This document shows positions 49,705 to 61,564 of a stretch of DNA of 64,000 nucleotides, in pieces; the first letter of the stretch is position 1; each line of letters opens with the position of its first letter. The stretch comes from Trichinella spiralis. Lineage: Eukaryota. A program made the translations under genes and the position numbers. The stretch lies in the NCBI RefSeq assembly GCF_000181795.1, contig NW_003526948.1, positions 3,340,014-3,404,013 on the forward strand. Direction: 5' to 3'. The notes beneath the pieces are model-generated. The model was not told the origin of the DNA, did no database searches, and saw only the letters and a list, made by a program, of their open reading frames with translations.

Positions 49705-52700
49705 CTAAATTATGAGAACGCGAAAAATAAATTCCGCTTTCCAAGAGGAGATTGAGTTGATCGCTTCGAGATGCAACACTGACACAATGGCGTCGTCCAG
49801 TGCGGCCATCATCATCCGAAGCAGAGACTGCGACTTCACGCTGAACTTGTAATCAATCTACAAACACAACTGACAATACAACAAATACAGTAACAATGAT
49901 TCGCAGGCGCAATACCACATCGGCGCTCATGAACAATCGCAAACTGACCACGCTTGAATTTTCCACGAGCAAATCTTCGGCAAACTGCAGCAACGCTTTG
50001 CACGTCGCCGACGCAATTCGTCTACAAGAAGCAGCAAAGCTCTCAGGTTCTCTAAAAAAAATACAAACAAGAAACAATAATTTCATCATTTAACGTTGAA
50101 TAGCATGAGAAACTTAAAAAAAATACAACTTACGAATGCAATGTTTCATTTACATCTACAGGGAGTGTGAAAACATCCGTAAGACGAACTAGCTGACCGT
50201 CGCGGTAAGCTTCGACAAATCTGAATGGCAACAGATAGCGATATTTCAGATCCAAATTGTAACTATCGATGTGACTAGCAATGCTTAAACAAAACAGCAC
50301 AGCGATGAACAGTAAAACAAACAATTCCAATCAAACTGCTTCCCCAATTACCTAAAATTACTGCTAGCGGTAATGTGTGCGTCCCAACGAATCTCCAACG
50401 AGCAGCCGCCTTCTTCATTACTTTTCAAAAAGTAATCCTTCTTATTGCGAAGACATTCTCTCAAATCGTTCAAATTATCAAGGTGGATCTATTTATATTA
50501 AAAAAATATACAAATTAAATTAAATCTATACAAATTCGTATCTGTTTTTTTGTTGAAATATTATTCTTCAATTAAAATATCATTCTCACTTGAACCATCA
50601 CACCGTCTTCAACGATGCTATTTTTCACGGCCAAAGAAGCAGATTTGAGTGAAGCGTTGAAAATAATAAACGCACTTCCAGTAACTAAAAATAGAATTGT
50701 TATTCAACAAATTATAAATTATCCTGCGAAAAATTAATATTTTCCTAATTTAGCAGTTGAAAATTTCAACAACAACAGTGATTCACCTTCCGGACTGCTG
50801 CTTCGGTTTTTGGAAAATCGTTTGGTCACATAAGTTCCACTGTCAATATCCTGAATGCATACAAAGTGTGCAGCTGCGTGATCGCAAAAATCACTTGCCC
50901 ATGCCACAACGTGTTCGTTACAAGTGCTCAACACTTTGACAACCCAAAACAGTAAAGGTAATCGCCAAAAAATACATTACAAATAACAGAAATTAGGGAT
51001 TAAAATAAAAGAGAACCTGCTGGTAAGAATCTTCTGCAATGGTAATCACTACTAACTTTTTATCGACCGTGATCATAGAGTTTGTCACCATTGGAATAGT
51101 GTAGGTAAAATTGCGCATGTCCTGTTGGCAAATAAATTGCAATTAAAATTGACAATTGAACACGTCCAACAAGACGGTTGCTTACATTCAACAAGCTCAT
51201 CACAGTGTGACCAGTTTCACCGAAGAAAGAACATCGCATCGGCGAGCTAACAACTGACCACGGATACACTGAACAAAAGTTGATTAATTTGAAAATTGTA
51301 CATATATATGTGCGTGTGCGTGTGTGAATGTAAATAACGAAAATTAAAATTACCGCCGTCACTAAAACCGAAACGCAACAACAATCGAAGTGGCAAAATT
51401 TCCGCCCAAATCATCTCAGATCGGTGCACCAGCAGTCCAATGTGATAGTACGTTTTAGGAAGCTTGTGTTGGTTGATGATCTACAGAAAAAACCAAGCGA
51501 CAAGAAATTATTCATAAAATATTTCAATAAATAACACCAACAAACCAACCGTCCTGTTCGGACGAAAAAATAAAACTGCCGCGTTCTCTTTGTTGCCAAG
51601 AAAACCAAAAGGGAAACAACCAGGTATAACGTCAACAAAGCTACAATCACTGTCATTGGTCAATTCCCCTAAAATATATTTACAATGAGCACCAGTTGTA
51701 AAATGCAAATAGTCGATCGACAAGAATACCGTCCAAAAATTTATTATAAAGCTGATTATAATAGAGAAACATGTCTCTAGGTGGCAGGATTTCGTCGTTT
51801 GTTCTTTCGAGGAAGAACATCTTCTCAGATATTCCCAAGTTGCAAAACCCATTGCTGATAAAACGCCAGAAAAAAGGCTTGGCAAGTGATGAATCTATCA
51901 ACAAACAAGCGAATTATTCAAATAAACAAATCATTCACTCGTGCTATTCATTATCAATTGAAGCTTCGATAAATTTCACAAGAGATATTCTGTTCAACTT
52001 GTCAACTCTCATTTTAAAGAAAATAATAGCAATAACAAAAGAAACAATAATCCTTCCCCGCCCCCAAAATTTACATAAATCGTCAAATTCAATTATTACC
52101 TTGCATAAGCTTGACATTGACACATAAATTTCGTTTTATGTGAAAAACAACTTCTTTGCCTTCATTCAACAATACTTTCAAATCTTCATCTCTACAAACT
52201 GCTGTATCTGCAAAAAATGATACAATTTCAAAATAAAATTATCATAAAATATAAGAAACATGCTCCTTTTTCGTGAAAGTAAAAAATTTACACGTCATTT
52301 GCAGTTCAGTGGAACACTTTTGAAATGTAGACGGGGGTAGAGCAGCCGTGTTAGGTAGTAGTGACTCTTTTTCACGAGATCGTCTGTCCCGTTCTGAAAA
52401 TACATTGTCACTCAGTTGTACATAATGGACAGATAACAAGAAAGCAGAAACAAACTATACTGTCATTCTTGGGCTGAACAGTATGCGATGAGGACAAAGA
52501 ATCCGCAAACATGTTGACACGCCTGCTGTCCACTTCCCCTGGACAGACGCCGTCTTCGAAAGTCACATTCTTGCTTTGTGCTTTTGGATAAGCTGGAAAA
52601 ATATGAATTAGCATAAAACAAACTTCTCTTCCAAAAGATGATTGAACCTGATTTTTTCAAAACACAAGACGCACGTAGAACGTCAGAAGAAATCTGCTCT

Positions 52701-54228
52701 GCACTGCCCTGTTGACTATCATCTAAACGGACAACAAACAAGCCATTTTACATGCATTTCTTGCAGTCGATAAAGAATATCCTATATTTTTAAACGGTAC
52801 CATTTCTCCCACGTCTGTGCGCTTCTGATTCGTCGCTTTCAACAGCTGTGTAAGAAGAAATTAACAAAAAATTAAACGTAAATTTAAAACTTTGACACAA
52901 AGATTCAAAGTAGAACAAAAAATACATTGGTCTAGCAACGAAGCACACAACTGACACACTCTGGCCTTCTTGTTTTCCAAATACTGTAGTTTCACGCGCA
53001 AATGGCAACAATCACAACAAAGAACCTAAATGAATATGCTGTCAATTTTCTCACACTAGCATTTGATTAATTGAATGAAAATTTGTCGTTTGTTGTTCTT
53101 CAAATAAAAATAAATAACAAGCATCATATATATATATATATATATATATACTCTTCCGCAAGCTCGACAATGATGACGCCGTTTGATCAGGGTAAATCGA
53201 GCACTGCAAGACATACATATACGCCACTGTTCGTCCGGAATCCATTCCGGCGGCACCAAACCGATTCTCTCTTTGAACACTGCCATACTAATCAATAAAC
53301 AACAAAACAAAACAAAAAAACATTAATAATCAAACAAAAAAATCTGAAAATGCAAACATTGCCCACTTCGAATCGGAATGGTCACCGCGATCAAGCAAAT
53401 TCACACTCGACACCTCATCAGATGTCAATTCAACACGTAAACTAGATTCTGAAAACTTTATGCTTTATTAAATTACAAAATAAGACAATTAATAAAACCA
53501 AAAATTTTGCCTGAACACGGCATAGATGAGCCAGCGTCCGGAAAACCCAACAAAGAAGTTGACCGCGAGTTCAGTCGGTCGGCGTTCTCTTCCATCTGAT
53601 GGATTCTGAAAACAAAATAAGCACAAAGAACAATAAATAAATGTGCAATATTAGCTAATTTCTAATTCACACCTACCATGCATTACATGAAAAAAGTCAA
53701 TTATATAAAAATGAATCGAATCATACTAGAAAATCACATCATCATAAGCGTATAAATATTGCAAAAACAACAAACAAACTGCAGTTGTTAAAATTTGTGC
53801 GCAATACAATTACACGAAAAAGAACTGTTACAAGAGATAGCAATACCCAATGCGACATACAAATTGAAAACTTTGTCAAAAACAACAGCACAGTCACTGT
53901 TTTAAATATGCATCATTTAAAAAATTTAGTTCGCCTTCAACTAAAAAAACCGTCTACTAATACAATAAAAATTGAATTGAAAATTAGGAATTTATTAAAA
54001 TGCTTACGTACAAAGCTGAATCCTTTTCATCAAAAAGGGTGCACGTTTGAAGAACAATGAACGTCAAAACACGTTCCACTTCAGCATCAATTTCACTACC
54101 ATCTCCTTTACTGCTCAATGAATCATTTTGCACTGATGATTTCAAAATGGCAAAAAAAAACATTTAACATAATAAAGGAAAAAAAGTAAAAAAGTGATCT
54201 TACAGTTTTCTTCATATCCATTCACCAT
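49705..54228 (-). CDS. ZFYVE9: FYVE-domain protein SARA/endofin homologue (ZFYVE9/16, aka-1-like); 5' end uncertain
   Basis: [42 protein letters not shown]1-type motif; DUF3480-like [25 protein letters not shown]-terminal [18 protein letters not shown]. Confidence 0.88.
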
Positions 54229-55600
54229 GTTCCTTAACAGCACAACGTCTATTAAATACCATAATCTAAAATATAAAAAATCAAAACCAAATTTGGTAGA
54301 AAATAGATTACAAAAAAATAATTCAAAATTTCCAATTATAATTACAAAAAGCATAAAAAACATTACGAACCCACCAATAATCGTACAAAAACAAATGAAT
54401 AACAATCAACCATCAAAAATGAATAGAAAACGGCTATTTAATAAATTAATTAATAAACAAAAAAAAATAAAAACTGAACAATCCAAAAAAATTTACCGAG
54501 AGAAAAGAAAAACATAAATGATAATAAAAAAATACTAGCTATCTAAAAACAAAAAATAATAAATAAGCGCAAAAAATGCTAATGACTACGCATTTTAGAA
54601 AACAAGTACAGATGAAAAAGAAATATACAGTACACCACGTTAGGCAAATTAGTGAAATGCAGGGGACGCTAACTTACTGTGGTTTTGTAATTTATTATCA
54701 TCTTATTAATGTGAAAAAACAAAAGCAATCCGGTTATTAAAATTTAAAAAAGAATAAAACATAACTCCCAACGCACTACAAAATTAACTACAAAACACTC
54801 AATAAAAAAGCACATGCCGTAGAATGAAATCTGTGCCTATTTATGGGAAAAACGAAATATAGACATTGCCTAATTAATCTACTTTCTAAAGAAACGACCT
54901 TTATAATCATAATTTTCAAATATAACGGGTGAAAATGTCAATTGCAATATCAGCGTTTGAACAGAATGTTTATATTAAACACTCTGTACACCTCATTACT
55001 AAACGAATCAAACAGAGAGAATAATTGAGTAATGGCGCGCATGTCAGCGCCTGCCAAACGTCATTTTGGAGTAGCACACTGCGCACACAAAACACATGAT
55101 TTTACGAATAAAATTAATTAGTGGAAAAACCTTTTTCATCATTTGTGGTTATTGATTTCATTAAAACAAATTCAACTTCATTTTTTCTAATTTTATTGAA
55201 TTCAGTAAAACAAAGAAGATAAACAATATCAATATCACCTTAGAACGGGGAATAACAGTGAAATATTAAAGAATATTATGAAAATGACAATTCATAAATT
55301 GATAAACTGATGTTGGGCTTCGCAACAATCTCATTCATGAATAACTTTCTTAATCGGAACTGACTACAGGAACTATAATGCATTGCTTGCTTCATTGACA
55401 GCATAAGTTGAATAATTTGGTAACCATTTGGGGTTTTTGCAATGAAGAATTTCTTGGTCCACTTGTGAATTAGCATTATATGGTAGAATAAAGCATCTTG
55501 CTTTCCTGAAGGCGAGCTTAGATCAGAGCCACATAAACTTCCCATTATGGAATAAGAAAATCAGTCATATATTCCATAAGGAGCTGAAGTGCCCAATTCA

Positions 55601-55915
55601 CCACATTGCCTGGACGGTATCGGTCGTTCCTTGAGGCGACTTCACATGGCGGCCAAATGTCTTTTCCATTGTGGAATAACACTCAGAGAGTATTACTTTC
55701 CACCTGTGTGCATGCACAGGATTTATTGGCTGGTTTGCCACATTGCCTCGACGGTATCGGTCTTTCCTTGACGTGACGTCACATCGCAGCCGGATGTCTT
55801 TTCCATTGTGGAATAACACTCAGAGAGTATTACTTTCCACCTGTGCGCATGCACAGGCTTTAGTGCCCGGTTAGCCACATTGCCTCGGTTGTCTCTGTCT
55901 TTCTTGGAAACGACG
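55601..55915. repeat. 137-bp tandem repeat (2.3 copies) with internal hairpins
   Basis: CCACATTGCCT at 55601, 55738 and 55875; near-invariant core GTCTTTTCCATTGTGGAATAACACTCAGAGAGTATTACTTTCCACCTGTG. Confidence 0.92.
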
Positions 55916-57239
55916 GTAGATGACAGGTAGATGCATTCTTCCTTATGGATTATCCATTATAGCCACTCGGTTGATTGCACAACATTAAATGCTTTAGCCA
56001 CCTAATGACGGCATTGTATCGGCAACTGCTTCCGTCTTCATGTATTAGCTAACAGTACTTTCGTTCAATGAATAACCATCTGACTAATTATGTTCTGCTG
56101 TAATTTTGTTTAACGCCAACTTTAATATATTTCATGTAGAGACGCCTCAGTCTTTAATGATGACATGCTCCACTCCAGCGCGTAGTCTTCATATTACATC
56201 TTTCATTGTGCTGTTTACCGCTTATTTACATCAGTGACAGCGTTTTATAAGTCTGTTGAAATTGACTCCATTCATACTATTCGCTTGTGGTTCTCGCCAA
56301 TGTTTATCGGACAAATCCCTAAACAACAAAACTAATTTCTGAAGCATTCAAAATTAAAGATATTACGCACTAGAAACACGGAATTTCACGCTCTGCCAAT
56401 TTTCTTCCGCCTTTTGCATGACGGCATCACTTGTGTATTAACACACCTCATTAAATGAAGCAGCACTTTATTTGATACAAGCTTTTGATAAAAAAATACC
56501 ATCACTTGCGATTGAATGACGCGTTCATTTCCTCCACAACTGCCAACTGTCACAGTAAAATATACAGTATGCTAATAGTAATGAAGAAGTATAAATGTTT
56601 ATTTACTGTAATTATCAATTAAAGCGGTCTACATTATCTAAATTTCAAATTTGAATTTATTTCAATCATTCATTTTCTGATGAATAATTTAATATTAATT
56701 TTTTTCCATTAGGAATTTTGATGTATATACTTAAAGCAAAATTTCCATGCAGCTTTAGTTAATTTGAACCTACCAATTACATTTGTCATTGAACTGGAAA
56801 TAGCTGATGAAAATTTTTTTGTGAATTTATTTTACAATTTTAAACCAATTTCTACCTAGGTCCTATTTTTTATTTGGAGAAATTTATTTTATACATTTAG
56901 GTATTATTTTTCGAATATTTGAAAGTACAAAAGTATTGAATAGTTGAAATTACAAGTCAAATTTCCAGAGTTTTCACAATTCAACGAATTCAGTTTTCTT
57001 ATTCATTACAGTGCAGCATCGTGCCACTAATTTTTATGTTTTATTTTTGAATTTATCTGTATATTCTTTTTTGAAAATTTTGTTTAATGAATTTGGACGT
57101 TTGAAATTTTGATTGATTAATTATTATGCTCATCACAGTTAAAAGTATTCTCTTTTTAAATGTGATTTCTGTTGGAAGAAAATGTATAGAAGTGAATATG
57201 AAATTGAAAATTGACATTTTATTTTTTTAAATGAAAATT

Positions 57240-58896
57240 TTAATTGAAACTTTGTTCGAAATCATTTTGTGTTGTATCTCCTGGACTTGCAGGACGAGAA
57301 TTTCCATTTTCTCTGTCTTCTTCAATTCCTGGTAATCTTCGAGCATCGGGACAATTCGGATCGGCCCTCTTGAACAATTCCCATTCACCGGTGGTTGTTC
57401 CTATGAACAGAAACATGCGAAAATAATGCATAAAATATTACCTGAAAATATCTTCGTATGTTTTGAAAGCTGAACATTGAAATGTTATACAATGGAAATT
57501 TTGAAAATTGGTCTCACTCATCCACATGGATAAAACTGCAGCGCCGTCGACCGCTGCTAATTCCAATCCAATAATGTTCCAGTCAAGACGCCAGTACTGA
57601 AAACAATTTTCAAAGGAAATTCCAGTTTGCTACAACAGAATTCATCACTCACTGTATGATTAGGTGCTTTTTCTAATTCAGCTTCCAATTTCACATTCCA
57701 CTTGCACAATTTTTTATCTTCATCGCTAAATATATTTATTTATTTATTTAGAAAACAATACAGAAAATTAATCAAAAACATATTATGATTTGGAACTGAA
57801 ATTTACTCCGGTAATTCAGAGGTGAGATGGTAAATTTGAACGGTCGTGCAAGCGACCGCTAGAAGTTCAAATGATCGTCCGCAGGATGGTGCAAATTTCA
57901 AATCGCGCACTGGTTCCATCGTAACGCATGGAAATTCTAACATATTCCACAAGCTAATATAAATAAATTAATAAATATTATTTCAATGAATATATGAAAA
58001 AAAGAAACAACAATTTAACCTTTCCGTTTCGTTGTATTGAAAAATGAATACTTTGGGTTCGTTGCTCTTTTGAGTATCGCTTCCAACGGCAATAAGAGAA
58101 CCGTAAGCACTAGAAAGATGTTTTTAAAAAATTCAACAGGCTGTTAACAAAAATTTTAATACAGCGATTGGTTCCAAGAAATGCAACTTAAATTTGAAGA
58201 CGGCGTTTCGATTTCATAACGCAATGTCCAGTCGGATAATTTCATACTGCGTGGCAATTCATAAATACGAATGTGAGCGTCCCTATATGCCGCGCCCTGT
58301 TGTTCAAAAAATTCATTACCAAACAGTCAATTTATGCATATTGTTACAATTATTAGGCCCATGTGAGATGGTGCAAATTTTGCATCACAAAGTTTCGTTC
58401 TCTCGTGTGATATTGTAGTCCGTTTTACCCATTCAGTTAATTGTGGATTTTTATCATCCTTGCTCGCTGAATATTAAATTCGTATAAGAAAAAAAAATAT
58501 ATATATGTACAATCTACCTGTCTCTTCCCACACAACGATGGCACCGCCAAGGCAACATGTAGCAAGGATTTCACCAAAATCTGGATGCGCCCAGTCCAAT
58601 CGAAATACCGGTCCGCACTGCGCCTAAAGCAAAAAAGGAAAATAAATTGAAATTTAATTTATTTTTTATACTAAAATTACTTTCAAATCTGCAATGAATG
58701 CCCAGCTGCCATCTTCTGCCAATTCATAAACCTGAAATGGATTACCAATTTATATGTGATATTTCAAAAATTCATACACAAATACCTTCACTGTCTGGTC
58801 GCTGGAAGCGGATGCAAATCGATTTCCAAAATAGTTATAAGCTACATCATGAATCATATCAGAATGATCATTGAATTCGATAGGTATGTTGCGCAT
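57240..58896 (-). CDS. SEH1: Nucleoporin/GATOR2 subunit Seh1 (WD40)
   Basis: HSDMIHDVAYNYFGNRFASASSDQTVK|VYE; GPVFRLDWAHPDFGEILATC..VWEE; WRLDWNIIG. Confidence 0.9.
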
Positions 58897-59861
58897 TGTA
58901 AATCTTTATTCTGAAAATATAAGAGTAATCGTAATTTATAAACAATTGTATAATTTAAGAACGACATCAGTATATATAGAATGATTGAGTGGAACATTTT
59001 TATCAAAAGAGTGAAATGAAATTTAAACCAGTCTTAACAAATAAACTGCCATTTGTGGAAAATTACAATGCACTCATTGTCAAAGCTATACGAAAATTTT
59101 AATTAGCAGTTTGTCACGTCACAGCGATTGTAACAATTATAGAAAGAAGAAAATAATTTAAAAAACTAATCGTTGGATGTTAATCCAAAAAAAACCATAA
59201 AAAATGATAATTTAACACTGCAAAACATATTACTGTGCAAATTCATTTTCAAGTTTGCACACACTTACTGTAATGGAACAACACTTGGAAAGTTATTTTG
59301 AATAAAATATTAATTTATTGATAACAACGGAGCGATGAATATGCTAAATGATCATACAAACCCTCTGGAACATTTTAATAATTACAATTGTAATTTTCAA
59401 TTCTGTTAATAATTGAAATTTATAACGCAGTATAAAAGCAATGTGAAATAGATGAGCAACAAATTTTACAATTATCATAATTTTGTTCTTTTAACAATTT
59501 CATATAATTGAATTTTATATACATGCAATTTTATCCTTAAATGGAACATTACTGAACATTTCGTATTTGCGTACTATTTGCATACAACCTTGTACATTGA
59601 AAATGATAATTATGCAAATATTTATACAATGTATTATAATGTATGTATATTTGAAAATGTAAATATTTATGAAATGTGGTTATTTTAAAAAGACAATTCA
59701 AACGGTCAATTGGCAGAAAAATATGTTTTAATTTTGTTTTGGATAATTTTGTTGCGTGTATAAATTAAGTTGAATTTTTTTTTAATTTTTATTAGTTTAT
59801 ATATTTTTTTCTAAGACTAGCAATAATTTGAAGTGAAGAGAGATGAATTTGATAAATTTAA

Positions 59862-60239
59862 ATGAATTGTTGTCAAAATTGTTACGCAGGTATTTACACA
59901 ATGATGCGAAGGAAAGAAATTAAAAAAAAATTTTTTTTGTTGTTGTATACAGTTCGGTGGAAAAGAGTCGGGATTTCAGTAACGTTTGAAAAGCTCGAAG
60001 AGAAGTGTACTGATTTTTTAAAATTGTCATCAACATCAATTTTTCAATCTCAATTAAATATTTTTATTAATTCATATACCGTAATAAATAAACAACTCGA
60101 ATCAGCAACAAAAGTGGACAGATTTGAAATGTTAAAAAAATTTGAAAATTTGAAATTCGAAATGTCACAGTATTCACAAATAAAAAAAAAACCAAAGTTG
60201 CCTGATGGATACTATTTCAAGGCGCCAAAATGGGAATAG
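59862..60239 (+). CDS. Hypothetical small protein (~104 aa if the 63-nt intron 59890-59952 is spliced)
   Basis: 125-codon ORF in very AT-rich DNA with a CAG|GT..CAG in-frame intron; no recognisable domain. Confidence 0.4.
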   Translation: MNCCQNCYAGIYTMMRRKEIKKKFFLLLYTVRWKRVGISVTFEKLEEKCTDFLKLSSTSIFQSQLNIFINSYTVINKQLESATKVDRFEMLKKFENLKFEMSQYSQIKKKPKLPDGYYFKAPKWE

Positions 60240-60346
60240 AAGAGGAAAAAAAACCGGTTTTGAATTTACATTTTTCACCGGCAGAAATTTGCGTCGTTCA
60301 CGTCGGTGATGTGGCTCAAGTGATGGAAATTATTATTTTGCCACGG

Positions 60347-60770
60347 TCATTGATCGCAATTCAATTGTCTACTTTTGTTCGGCGAACATTTTCTTTTGAA
60401 CATTAATTGTCTGGATTCAATTTCATCATCTGAAGGAAAACCAACATCCCAAAAATGTTCGGGCGTTGGCGGACGCTTTTTCCTTTTCCGCCCACGCTCA
60501 AGTTTATCAAATTTTTCAACCTCACCACACCTGCATACTGTAAATTGTTGTTCCAACGACCGGTCGACCTGGGCAGTTTTCGGTGAGCCTAATTCGAAAT
60601 CAACAACATCTCCAATGAGGTTTTCGTTCAAATTTGAAAAGATCGAGGTGAATTTTGTTTCATTTTTCTCTTTCTTAAACATAAAACAACAGTTTAAAAA
60701 TGCAAATTAATAATTTTCATCATCTCACTGTGTTGATCAGATTTATTGTTCCATTCATTTTTTTCGGCAT
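60347..60770 (-). CDS. Small CtIP/Sae2/COM-1 C-terminal-motif protein (~122 aa; exons 60770-60729 and 60673-60347)
   Basis: GRKRKKRPPTPEHFWDVGFPS resembles the CtIP motif SRHR...PPNTPENFWEVGFPS; a 55-nt GT-AG intron keeps the frame. Confidence 0.68.
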
Positions 60771-61564
60771 CTTTCCAGTAAATGTGGTCAGTTTAAATTG
60801 AATATTGGGAAAAGTTGGATAAATTTGATAAACTTATTATAGCGACAATTTCAAATCAAACTTTACACTGTACTTTCCGCTGCTTCGCTTCAAGTGGTTC
60901 TGAACCGTAGAATAGCTACGATCGCCTTCTATGCCGATGAAAAGATAAGATAAATTAGGAAATGAAAATGAATTTCGTTGGTCATTGAAAACGGATCCAT
61001 TTTATGCAGTGTTTAAAAATTTTGATTAAATTTAAATAATTTTCTCAGCAGTGTAAAAATTAAATCTATTCACAAATAAATAAAAAATAATTCAATACAA
61101 TTAATTTTCATTAATATTGTTCAGCAGTGGATTTTTGTTGTTGTTCTTCATGTCAAGTTTATAAATTAACTACTGCTGTTGATACAACGCCGCAAAAAGA
61201 AAAAAAAACAACAATTCAAATTATCGTACATTTTTTTTATGTCGATGTTGTCCACCGCCAAGTAGGCGAGGTGGAAAAGTTTTATCGAGAAAAAAAAATC
61301 ATTTCAAATCTACTTTTCAATTTGTCGTCGAAAGAGGAAAATTCATGTCATCGAATTCAATTATTGTTGAAAAATTTGCATACAGCTTGTTCGATCAAAG
61401 GGGCCCGTTTTGGTCGAGTGCAAATTTTCCCGTTATCGATTTCGAATTTTTCATCTAACCGTTCCAATGTACCATCGATAAATTTCGACCAAGTTCAAAA
61501 GCGAATTGAAATCAACCGGTTTTATTCGAAGAAGAAGAAGAAAAAATTTTTTAACACCAGTAAA

